From: an uncultured virus (IMG/VR IMGVR_UViG_3300037011_000237) | Taxonomy: Duplodnaviria > Heunggongvirae > Uroviricota > Caudoviricetes | DNA length: 64,000 bases | Strand: one strand, 5' to 3' | Virus record (IMG/VR): IMGVR_UViG_3300037011_000237 | Part shown: in pieces, positions 57,061 to 64,000 of the stretch | How the letters are laid out: each line of letters begins with the position of its first letter | Position numbering within the stretch: position 1 is the first letter of the stretch | Notes under the pieces: generated by a model | What the model was told of the DNA's origin: nothing | What the model saw: the letters and a program-made list of their open reading frames with translations, nothing else | Databases searched by the model: none | Position numbers and translations under genes: made by a program

Positions 57061-57478
57061 TGTTTTTAAGTAGTGTCCTTTGCAAGTCTGTATACACATT
57101 TATCAATGAGGCAAAAGTATCTATATCTAAAACTATAAATTCTTGCACTCCAGAACGTGATCCTGAAAATCTTCCTACAAGAAATGGTATCGAATAGTTA
57201 TTTCCTGCTTCTTCTGCAATCTTATCTAACCATTCTTTTTTAAGGGTGAGTTGGGTTTTTCCACCATAACCTATTTTAGCCTCTCCCTTAAATTTCTTTG
57301 GATATAATTCTACTGTGCCTGTCAAATCTCCCGTAAGAAGAGTTTCTTGTACAATAGTACCAATTGCACCACTTCCCGGAATACGTTTCCAAGTACTATT
57401 ATGAATAGCCTCTTGTAGGAGTTTTCCAGCGTCACGTTCCCACTTATTGCCTTTTTGTTTTGGTGATTTAATGCTCAT
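57038..57478 (-). CDS. Holliday junction resolvase (Hjc-like PD-(D/E)XK)
   Basis: KQKGNKWER, RIPGSGA, GDL, EAK. Confidence 0.8.
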   Translation of the reverse strand: MSIKSPKQKGNKWERDAGKLLQEAIHNSTWKRIPGSGAIGTIVQETLLTGDLTGTVELYPKKFKGEAKIGYGGKTQLTLKKEWLDKIAEEAGNNYSIPFLVGRFSGSRSGVQEFIVLDIDTFASLINVYTDLQRTLLKNNEEEKSQ

Positions 57479-57732
57479 TCCTTATCCCAAAGTTCATGAT
57501 GTTGGTCACGAATCCAACAAATCATGGCGTTTCCAGCAATCTTTAACCAAGGAAGAGGTCTGCCTGTTTCCTTATATTGGTCAAAATAATCATTAAATTT
57601 GGCAATAACCCTTGCTTCCTGACCCATTGGTACTCTCTTAAGCCAAGTATTACCCCATCTTACTTCATCATCTTCCAATTGTTTCTGTAAAGCATCCGTA
57701 AATTCCTTCATAAAATCCCAAACATGTACCAT
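57475..57732 (-). CDS. hypothetical protein
   Basis: 85 aa ORF in the operon. Confidence 0.6.
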   Translation of the reverse strand: MVHVWDFMKEFTDALQKQLEDDEVRWGNTWLKRVPMGQEARVIAKFNDYFDQYKETGRPLPWLKIAGNAMICWIRDQHHELWDKE

Positions 57733-57733
57733 T

Positions 57734-58192
57734 TTATTTCTCCTTTTCTAAAATTTCAACCAATTTTTCCAAAGCATTTGCTATACGTTCTAACTCTGCA
57801 ACCTGCTTATCACAACAAGTATCTTTACAAGGTAGTAATGTAGGTATGCGGGTAGGACTTGGAACTGGAGTCTCTTCTCTAGTAGGAACTTCAGTCTCTG
57901 TCTTAGTTTCAGTTGGCTCTTCAGTAGGAACATCTGTCTCTGTGGGTGTCCAAACAGGGCAACCATCTTCAGGAGCTGGAATTATATCCATCTCATGGTC
58001 TCCATGACCATTAAGACCATTTACATCCACGTGGATTTTTACATACGGATTGTGCTCACTAGATGTTGCATGACAAATCCATATCTTATGGGGATTACCC
58101 CCACCATTTGCTAGTACAGTAGACGTAGTAAATATTACAAGTAAGGTAATCACTAACAATCCGTACAAAAGTTTTTTCATATATATCTCCAT
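57734..58192 (-). CDS. secreted protein with His/Cys motif and Pro/Thr/Glu linker
   Basis: Signal peptide ending VLA; KIWICHATSSEHNPY...HGDH..DIIPAP...CP; PTE repeats. Confidence 0.7.
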   Translation of the reverse strand: MEIYMKKLLYGLLVITLLVIFTTSTVLANGGGNPHKIWICHATSSEHNPYVKIHVDVNGLNGHGDHEMDIIPAPEDGCPVWTPTETDVPTEEPTETKTETEVPTREETPVPSPTRIPTLLPCKDTCCDKQVAELERIANALEKLVEILEKEK

Positions 58193-59478
58193 TAATCATC
58201 ACGAATTTGATTTGTTTCTGCATTAAATTTAAGAATGGTAGTACCCGTAGGTCCATTTCTTTGTTTAAGAATGATGAATTCTAATTTCCCTTTATCTTTG
58301 GTATCTTTATTGTAATATTCATCCCTGTAAAGACCAACTACAAAATCCGCATCTTCTTCCAAGTTACCACACTGTCTAATATCAGACATTACTGGTCGTT
58401 TATTATCCCTATGTTCTACTTCACGATTTAACTGTGAAAGAACTACCATTGTCATATCTAATGTATTAGCCATTAACTTTAATCTTCTAGAAACTCTACC
58501 TAATTCCTGCGTTTGATTATTATCCCTTTCTACCATCAACTGAACATAATCAATATACACTACTTTTATATCATGTAAAGACTTATACTTTCTAATTACT
58601 GCTTCCATCTGGTCAATATTAGATGAAAAACTTAAATCTATATGAATCGGTTGTTCTTTTAATTCTTTTGTTGCATTATAAAGTAAATCTAATTCTGGTT
58701 GTTTCAATAATCCCATTCTGATATTAAATATGGGTAATCCAGTCTTAATTGCCAACATTCGTTCAATCAAAGGTTGCCTTGACATTTCTTTAGAAAATAA
58801 AAGAGTTGGTACATTATTTTTTGCGTTATCAAGAATGGTATTAATTGCACTTGCTGTTTTTCCACTTGAAGGACGACCAGCCACATACCATAAATCTCCG
58901 GGGCAAAGTCCACCAGTAATTGTATCTACTTTTTTAGAACCAAATGAAACTCCTCTAATCCCCGGTTTTTCAATTCTTGTAACAATTTCTTTATAAGCAT
59001 CGTTTAGTAAACTACCAATCTGATAAGTACCTTCCCCACCAACGGAACTTTCTAGATTTTCTAATGAATTTTGAACCGCTAGTATATTAGAATCAACATT
59101 ATCTACAGTTAAACTATCGGTGGTAATTCCACTAGATAAACTAACAAAAGAACGAATTTTATAATTATTCTTTACAATTCTTAAATGTTCAGAAAAATTT
59201 TCTTTATTATAAACTTGAGAAGAAAGGTATTCAATATATTCTTTGCCACCACAAGACATCAGTTTATCATTTGATTCCAAAGAACTATACAATAAACTAA
59301 AGTCCGGTAGTAAATTTTTATTACTTAATTCTAACATATTAATAAGAATACTATTATGTATTGTAGAATTAAACATGAACGGTTTTAATCCATCAATATT
59401 AAAAATAAATTCTGGGTTTTTACCTATGATAGATAGAATTGCGATTTCAGAATCACTAGCAAACAATTCTTTTGTCAT
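58192..59478 (-). CDS. dnaB: replicative DNA helicase
   Basis: AGRPSSGKT, FSKEM, IDYVQL, LSQLNR, DIRQCGNLEEDAD, KQRNGPTG. Confidence 0.96.
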   Translation of the reverse strand: MTKELFASDSEIAILSIIGKNPEFIFNIDGLKPFMFNSTIHNSILINMLELSNKNLLPDFSLLYSSLESNDKLMSCGGKEYIEYLSSQVYNKENFSEHLRIVKNNYKIRSFVSLSSGITTDSLTVDNVDSNILAVQNSLENLESSVGGEGTYQIGSLLNDAYKEIVTRIEKPGIRGVSFGSKKVDTITGGLCPGDLWYVAGRPSSGKTASAINTILDNAKNNVPTLLFSKEMSRQPLIERMLAIKTGLPIFNIRMGLLKQPELDLLYNATKELKEQPIHIDLSFSSNIDQMEAVIRKYKSLHDIKVVYIDYVQLMVERDNNQTQELGRVSRRLKLMANTLDMTMVVLSQLNREVEHRDNKRPVMSDIRQCGNLEEDADFVVGLYRDEYYNKDTKDKGKLEFIILKQRNGPTGTTILKFNAETNQIRDD

Positions 59479-59855
59479 TCATCTAATTCCTTTACTTTTA
59501 ATTTCTTTCGACCTTCTTGGGCAGAAATCTGTCCAATAAGCTTTTCAATTTTGCTATCTAGGTTAGTATAAGCACCATTGTATACTTCCGGATTTTTTTG
59601 TTCTATACGTTTCTTACAAAAGTATGATAAAAGTGGAAATGGATTATCTAGTTTAACTTCTGGCATACTATTTACATCAAGTATCGCAAAGTAAGGAATA
59701 GTTCTACCATATAACTTTATCAGACGATTAAACATAATAATCTCTGATTTAGTTACCGTAGTCTCCATACTTTGACAAAAAAACTTAGCCAAAAGTAAAC
59801 CCGGATTAGTATCTTGTGGTAACTTTTCAAAATAATATTCAGCAAGATTTTCCAT
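59475..59855 (-). CDS. hypothetical protein (possible helicase loader by position)
   Basis: Coupled to dnaB. Confidence 0.5.
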   Translation of the reverse strand: MENLAEYYFEKLPQDTNPGLLLAKFFCQSMETTVTKSEIIMFNRLIKLYGRTIPYFAILDVNSMPEVKLDNPFPLLSYFCKKRIEQKNPEVYNGAYTNLDSKIEKLIGQISAQEGRKKLKVKELDE

Positions 59856-59856
59856 T

Positions 59857-60156
59857 TTACTCTTTTAACATTTTATTATCGATAAGAACATTAGCCATTC
59901 CTGTTGCTATTTGGTCTACCTGTGTTTCCTTAATACCTACTTGTAAACCAGTATTAATAGCGTGAATAATTTCATGCAAAAGTATCTGTAACTCATCAAA
60001 CTTTTGGAAATCACTAAAAATTCTAATTTCTCCATTTACATAACTAATTTGACCAAACAAAACATCTTTAGTACCTGTAGTATTTACATCTTCCAATTTA
60101 GGAATATATTTAATTTTATATTCCTTGCCCATGACCTTAACTTTATTTAGTCTCAA
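59857..60156 (-). CDS. small HExxH metallopeptidase-like protein
   Basis: LLHEIIHAI followed by a downstream E. Confidence 0.7.
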   Translation of the reverse strand: MRLNKVKVMGKEYKIKYIPKLEDVNTTGTKDVLFGQISYVNGEIRIFSDFQKFDELQILLHEIIHAINTGLQVGIKETQVDQIATGMANVLIDNKMLKE

Positions 60157-60344
60157 TTTATTACTCCTTTTGATAATATAATAACTATTCCTACACCATA
60201 TACCATAGTTATAACATCATGCATAACTTTTGAAGTTCTATCACTTTTTACTTCATATCCAATAAATATATCTCCTACCTCCCTTATAAACGCCCCAATA
60301 ATTATATAAATAAGCAATACAACAACGAAGACTAATGGTGACAT
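60153..60344 (-). CDS. small membrane protein
   Basis: Two hydrophobic segments. Confidence 0.55.
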   Translation of the reverse strand: MSPLVFVVVLLIYIIIGAFIREVGDIFIGYEVKSDRTSKVMHDVITMVYGVGIVIILSKGVIN

Positions 60345-60515
60345 TTATTTTCCTTTCTTGGATTGTTTTATTGGACAATCAATATGTTCAGGATTTCTAC
60401 CAGATTCTTCCTTGATTGGTTGATTGACTAACTTAGAAATAATATCTAAATTAGAACCTGTAATTTTCACCCAACTTTTATTTCCTGATTCTTTCTTTTC
60501 TGTTACTGTAGACAT
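60345..60515 (-). CDS. hypothetical protein
   Basis: ATG 60515 after AGGAG; the longer track ORF would overlap the tRNA. Confidence 0.55.
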   Translation of the reverse strand: MSTVTEKKESGNKSWVKITGSNLDIISKLVNQPIKEESGRNPEHIDCPIKQSKKGK

Positions 60516-60528
60516 ATTATTTCTCCTA

Positions 60529-60602
60529 AGCAGAAGGATAGGATTCGAACCATCATTTTTGTAGTTACAGGCTACACCGCTTGCCATTTAGCAGACTTCT
60601 GC
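60529..60602 (-). tRNA. tRNA-Thr(UGU), atypical (C33, bulged T-stem)
   Basis: Acceptor GCAGAAG/CTTCTGC, D-stem TGCT/AGCG, anticodon stem TGTAG/CTACA with loop CCTGTAA, T-loop TTCGAAT; no encoded CCA. Confidence 0.65.
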
Positions 60603-60606
60603 GTAG

Positions 60607-60678
60607 TTGCGGGAGGTAGATTCGAACTACCGGACTAGGTTTATGAGACCTATGAGTTGACCACTACTCTATCCCGCA
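60607..60678 (-). tRNA. tRNA with CAU anticodon (Met)
   Basis: Acceptor TGCGGGA/TCCCGCA, D-stem GAGT/ACTC, anticodon stem TAGGT/ACCTA with loop CTCATAA, T-arm GGTAG-TTCGAAT-CTACC. Confidence 0.9.
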
Positions 60679-60679
60679 G

Positions 60680-60770
60680 TAGCACAGGTAAGGAATTGCA
60701 CCTCTTTTTATCCTTTGTACCCAAACTCTGGAACTAAATGGGTTACATACGTCTATTACGCTCTGTGCTA
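60680..60770 (-). ncRNA. tRNA-like element with enlarged anticodon arm
   Basis: Closing stem TAGCACAG/CTGTGCTA, short D-like hairpin CGT-AATAG-ACG, long stem TGTAACCCA/TGGGTACA, T-like arm GAGG-TGCAATT-CCTT. Confidence 0.45.
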
Positions 60771-60862
60771 TTTTGCTATCTCGCCGGAACAGTGGAACGT
60801 TTCTGCTAGCATCGGTTCGTTTGCCTTTGCCGTCTAGCGACCATCCTAGATACGAGATACAC

Positions 60863-61654
60863 TTACTTGCTAGTTGTACCCATCAATTCATTTACAATTT
60901 CTTCAGCAGACTTTATTGCTTCGTCTGTTGCTTCTTTAGGTTCAGAAGCCTTACGAGCAGCAAAAATATCCTTAATAGAAACTCCACGCTGAACCTCTTG
61001 CATTTCTTCCGGAGTGACAGAAATTACAGTCTTAGCAAGGTCAAACAGGGCATCTTCTGCGATTTCCAAAGGTTCTTTCTTATCAACCATAGGAATTACA
61101 GTAATGTTTGTTTCTCTTCCACTACCAGTAACGAACAAAGTAAAATCATAACTAGTAAGAGGAATAGGATTCCCTGCCTCATCAAGAACACTGTTTTCTA
61201 TACCATTAAAGTTTTCAAACAATGTTTTGCCCCTTGAAAGAACCTTGACTTTATTCAAGGGCTTGATTTCTTCTCCAACAATTACTTGACCGCATCCGGG
61301 GCAAGCTGGAGGAAAATTAGTACCGACCTTCTTAACTTCTTTCTTACAAGCCGAACAAACTTTTACCGGAGTCTTATCAAAGACATTCACAGAATGTCGT
61401 TCAGAACGAGAACTCCAACCTTTAATCTCCCTAAAAGAATCAGGATTTTCGGAGATGAGTTTTCTATTGCTTGCACAAATAGGACACTCTTCTCCCAAGC
61501 ACATAATATATGCTCCGTTAATATAATGGACAAAGTAATCATAGGTCTGTGGTTGAAGAATTCTTATGATAGTATTCCCGGCGGGAAGGTCAATGTATTC
61601 AACTTTCTTAAAGTTAGATTCTTTGCTTGATTGGCTAATTTTAGCGAATGGCAT
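60863..61654 (-). CDS. single-stranded DNA-binding protein (gp32-like) with Zn motifs
   Basis: GNTIIRIL, HY..CLGEECPIC, YDFTL..TGSG; near recA; probable ATG 61654. Confidence 0.7.
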   Translation of the reverse strand: MPFAKISQSSKESNFKKVEYIDLPAGNTIIRILQPQTYDYFVHYINGAYIMCLGEECPICASNRKLISENPDSFREIKGWSSRSERHSVNVFDKTPVKVCSACKKEVKKVGTNFPPACPGCGQVIVGEEIKPLNKVKVLSRGKTLFENFNGIENSVLDEAGNPIPLTSYDFTLFVTGSGRETNITVIPMVDKKEPLEIAEDALFDLAKTVISVTPEEMQEVQRGVSIKDIFAARKASEPKEATDEAIKSAEEIVNELMGTTSK

Positions 61655-61655
61655 T

Positions 61656-61940
61656 TTATATCTCCTCATGCATAGTTTTAAATAAAGTGGCGATTTTTTG
61701 AATAGTATTTACTTGCTCTTCTTCTAGGTATCCTTCCTCCTTTTCCGATAAACTGTCATGTAAACCAGAATATCGTCTATATGCGGCTTCTACACTTAAC
61801 ATTTGTAAATATCTAATTTCATTTACCAGTTCTTCATTAGTTACAACTTCTTCAGGTAGATTAATAATTTCATCTACAAACTTAATGTTAGCGTATTGTG
61901 CCAGTGGATAAAGTCTTTCTAACTTAAGGGTTCTTTCCAT
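61656..61940 (-). CDS. hypothetical protein
   Basis: 94 aa with an AGGAG RBS. Confidence 0.65.
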   Translation of the reverse strand: MERTLKLERLYPLAQYANIKFVDEIINLPEEVVTNEELVNEIRYLQMLSVEAAYRRYSGLHDSLSEKEEGYLEEEQVNTIQKIATLFKTMHEEI

Positions 61941-62002
61941 TTTTCTCCTTTTTATGCTAAAATCCGATTATGCCCCAATTATAATCGATTTGTTCCAATT
62001 TG

Positions 62003-63028
62003 TCAAGTACCAATTTCCTCATCAAGGGGTAATTCTTCGTCAATTGCAACTTCTTCTTTGGGTGGAATGGTCTTGTTAATGATAGAAAAGGTCAATGCCC
62101 TAATCCTATCCAGCATATCTGGATGTTCACTTAGATGTGCCATAGTCTTAACCACACCCTGTCCTATGTTATCCCCTTCAAAGACGTAGTAAGACCCCTT
62201 TCTGCTTAACGCACCAAGCATTTCGGAGAATAGTACAAAATCTCTTAGACTATCAATGCCTTTACCAAAGATAATTGGAATAGTAAACCCTCTAAATGGG
62301 GCGGCAAGTTTATTTTTCTTTACCACAAATTTAATATTTAAACCTATGGTTTCATCACCTTGTTTAATTTCTTGCCCCTTATTCATAGCAACAATTATTG
62401 AGGATAGGTGTTTAATAGCATGTCCACCCGGAGTGGAATACATACTTACATAAGCACCGATTGTATCCCTAACTTGATTAATAAAGATAAATGCTATCTT
62501 CTTCATTCTTACAGAATAATGATTTCTGATTAAGAATTTAGTCAGCAATCTAGGAACAATTGCTACATTAGCATCTGCAAAGTCATCTTCCTTAACTTTC
62601 TTTGGTGCTAATGCTCCTACAGAATCAAAGATGATTAGTTCAAATTCACCGGAATCTATACCTTTTTCTGCAATTACAAAGGCATCTTCTGCTGTTTCTG
62701 GATGAACTATATACAATTTATCATCCGGTAATTTTTCCCCTAAAAGTCCTTCTACTGCTTCATAATCCGTAAGATTTTCTACATCTACAAATAAAACTTT
62801 CAATCCTTGTTTAATTGCAGACCTAGCAATACTTAATGCTAAAGTTGTTTTACCAGCAGAATCTGGTCCGTAAATTTCTGTAAATCTTCCACGTGGAATT
62901 CCACCAACTCCCATAGAAACATCTAAAGATAAACTACCTGTGGGAATTACTTCCAACTTTTCTGTCTTGGAAGAATGTACCCCTTCCCCAAATTCATCAA
63001 TCAATTCTTCTATAAATTTATCTGTCAT
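62003..63028 (-). CDS. recA: RecA recombinase
   Basis: IPTGSLSLD, GGIPRGR.TEIYGPDSAGKTT, DSVGAL, FINQVR, TPGG.AIK, KNKLAAPF. Confidence 0.96.
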   Translation of the reverse strand: MTDKFIEELIDEFGEGVHSSKTEKLEVIPTGSLSLDVSMGVGGIPRGRFTEIYGPDSAGKTTLALSIARSAIKQGLKVLFVDVENLTDYEAVEGLLGEKLPDDKLYIVHPETAEDAFVIAEKGIDSGEFELIIFDSVGALAPKKVKEDDFADANVAIVPRLLTKFLIRNHYSVRMKKIAFIFINQVRDTIGAYVSMYSTPGGHAIKHLSSIIVAMNKGQEIKQGDETIGLNIKFVVKKNKLAAPFRGFTIPIIFGKGIDSLRDFVLFSEMLGALSRKGSYYVFEGDNIGQGVVKTMAHLSEHPDMLDRIRALTFSIINKTIPPKEEVAIDEELPLDEEIGT

Positions 63029-63435
63029 TTAATGTCCTTTACTAAATTATAGGATTTTTCATCAATTACTTTTAATATTTTTACTACATCACCGCAAAGT
63101 GCTGTTGTATCACACCAACCACAACCCAAAACCATAGAACCGTATTCTACTTCTTTGTGTGTTACATATCTATCCTCTTCTTCTTCATGACAATGTTTAG
63201 CAACCCGTACTCTAATCATAACAAGTAAACCCGTAATTTTTACCAATAATTTAATTTGTTCTGCTGTGCATATCCAAACTTTATTTTTTGAATCCCACTT
63301 TGCTCCAACCATATTAAATTTATCCCGTGATGGATAAGTTTTACCCATTACATGAAATGTTCCATCTTCTTGTGGATAGGCTATAGGATGATAACACATT
63401 GCATACGGATGTGGAATAGTCATTAATGACTCCAA
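63025..63435 (-). CDS. hypothetical protein
   Basis: 136 aa; GKTYP.RD....GAKWD...KVW motif. Confidence 0.6.
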   Translation of the reverse strand: MESLMTIPHPYAMCYHPIAYPQEDGTFHVMGKTYPSRDKFNMVGAKWDSKNKVWICTAEQIKLLVKITGLLVMIRVRVAKHCHEEEEDRYVTHKEVEYGSMVLGCGWCDTTALCGDVVKILKVIDEKSYNLVKDIK

Positions 63436-63998
63436 ACTTTAGAAATAGGTCCATCTACTACTGCGGGAATTTCTCCTAAAAATGGTTGTAAAGCATCTAC
63501 CATACATTTTGTTTGAAATTCTTTTGCTTCATTCACAATATCATCATCTACTTCTGTTACAATTTCATCATGAACTTGCATTGTTAATCTTAATTTATCT
63601 CCAAATGGATTATTATAATAAATATTACACATTGCTATTTTAGTAGCATCCCCTCCCCCACCTTGAAAGATATGATTAAACCCTTCACGTTTTATTCTAT
63701 TTTCATATGATTGGGCTTCTTTCCAATCTGTAAACAAAATTTTAGTATCAAAATATCTTCTTCTTCCTAGAGGAGTGCAAGAATACTTATTTTTCCAAAT
63801 AGAGTTACACACTATGGTTTTAAATAAAGTAAGTTTAGGAAATGCTTCTTCTACTTGTCTTAAAAAATCTTCTGCTTGATTAATATCTATTTGTAGTTTG
63901 TAGGCAAGTCCATACTTTGTAGACCCATATAAGATTGAAAAGTTAATGGTTTTACCTTTGTTACGTTGATCTTTATCTACTTGTTCTAATGGAATATC
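63423..63998 (-). CDS. polA: family A DNA polymerase, C-terminal part (gene continues beyond the window)
   Basis: Frame open to the window edge; manual translation gives motif B RNKGKTINFSILYG, then TPLGRRR, NHIFQG and motif C QVHDEI. Confidence 0.93.
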   Translation of the reverse strand, partial: DIPLEQVDKDQRNKGKTINFSILYGSTKYGLAYKLQIDINQAEDFLRQVEEAFPKLTLFKTIVCNSIWKNKYSCTPLGRRRYFDTKILFTDWKEAQSYENRIKREGFNHIFQGGGGDATKIAMCNIYYNNPFGDKLRLTMQVHDEIVTEVDDDIVNEAKEFQTKCMVDALQPFLGEIPAVVDGPISKVWSH

Positions 63999-64000
63999 AT

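Noticed and set aside
60555..60580. Reading the first tRNA as Tyr(GUA)
   Set aside because: CTGTAA is present, but centring GTA breaks the anticodon stem; there is no long variable arm, and G1-C72/C2-G71 fits Thr better.
60516..60587. Upstream part of track ORF 60345..60587
   Set aside because: Overlaps the tRNA; the RBS-supported start is 60515.
60775..60860. c-di-GMP-I riboswitch suggested by GGCAAA motifs
   Set aside because: The GNRA tetraloop/receptor and second-stem consensus could not be found.
37548..63028. Inteins or introns in terL, dnaB, recA or primase
   Set aside because: Lengths are ordinary and motifs are contiguous, with no intein terminal signatures seen.

Overview
Tailed dsDNA bacteriophage sequence with siphovirus-like morphogenesis genes. 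No bacterial housekeeping region, CRISPR array or integrase is visible. The window consists of two compositionally different segments that join in frame inside one tail-fibre gene at about nt 10,295. The left segment (1-~10.3 kb, about 50% GC by spot counts, GATC near the expected frequency) carries a plus-strand 7-deazaguanine-type cluster (DJ-1/PfpI-like protein, queE, folE, TGT/DpdA-like TIM-barrel) and a uracil-DNA-glycosylase/family A DNA polymerase fusion. These converge on a minus-strand lysis and tail-fibre block. The right segment (~10.3-64 kb, about 27-40% GC by spot counts, GATC strongly depleted) is entirely minus-strand. In transcription order it carries: a second family A polymerase (partial), recA, SSB, a tRNA/tRNA-like cluster, dnaB, resolvase, nucleases, dNMP kinase, IMPDH/GMP reductase and primase; a sugar-modification cassette (gmd, sugar C-methyltransferase, five glycosyltransferase-like genes) directly upstream of terL; portal, protease and capsid; an accessory repeat-fibre cassette; neck genes with a further glycosyltransferase; the major tail protein, a -1 frameshift tail chaperone, tape measure and baseplate. 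All functional calls come from motifs read by eye and from gene order; no database searches were run.
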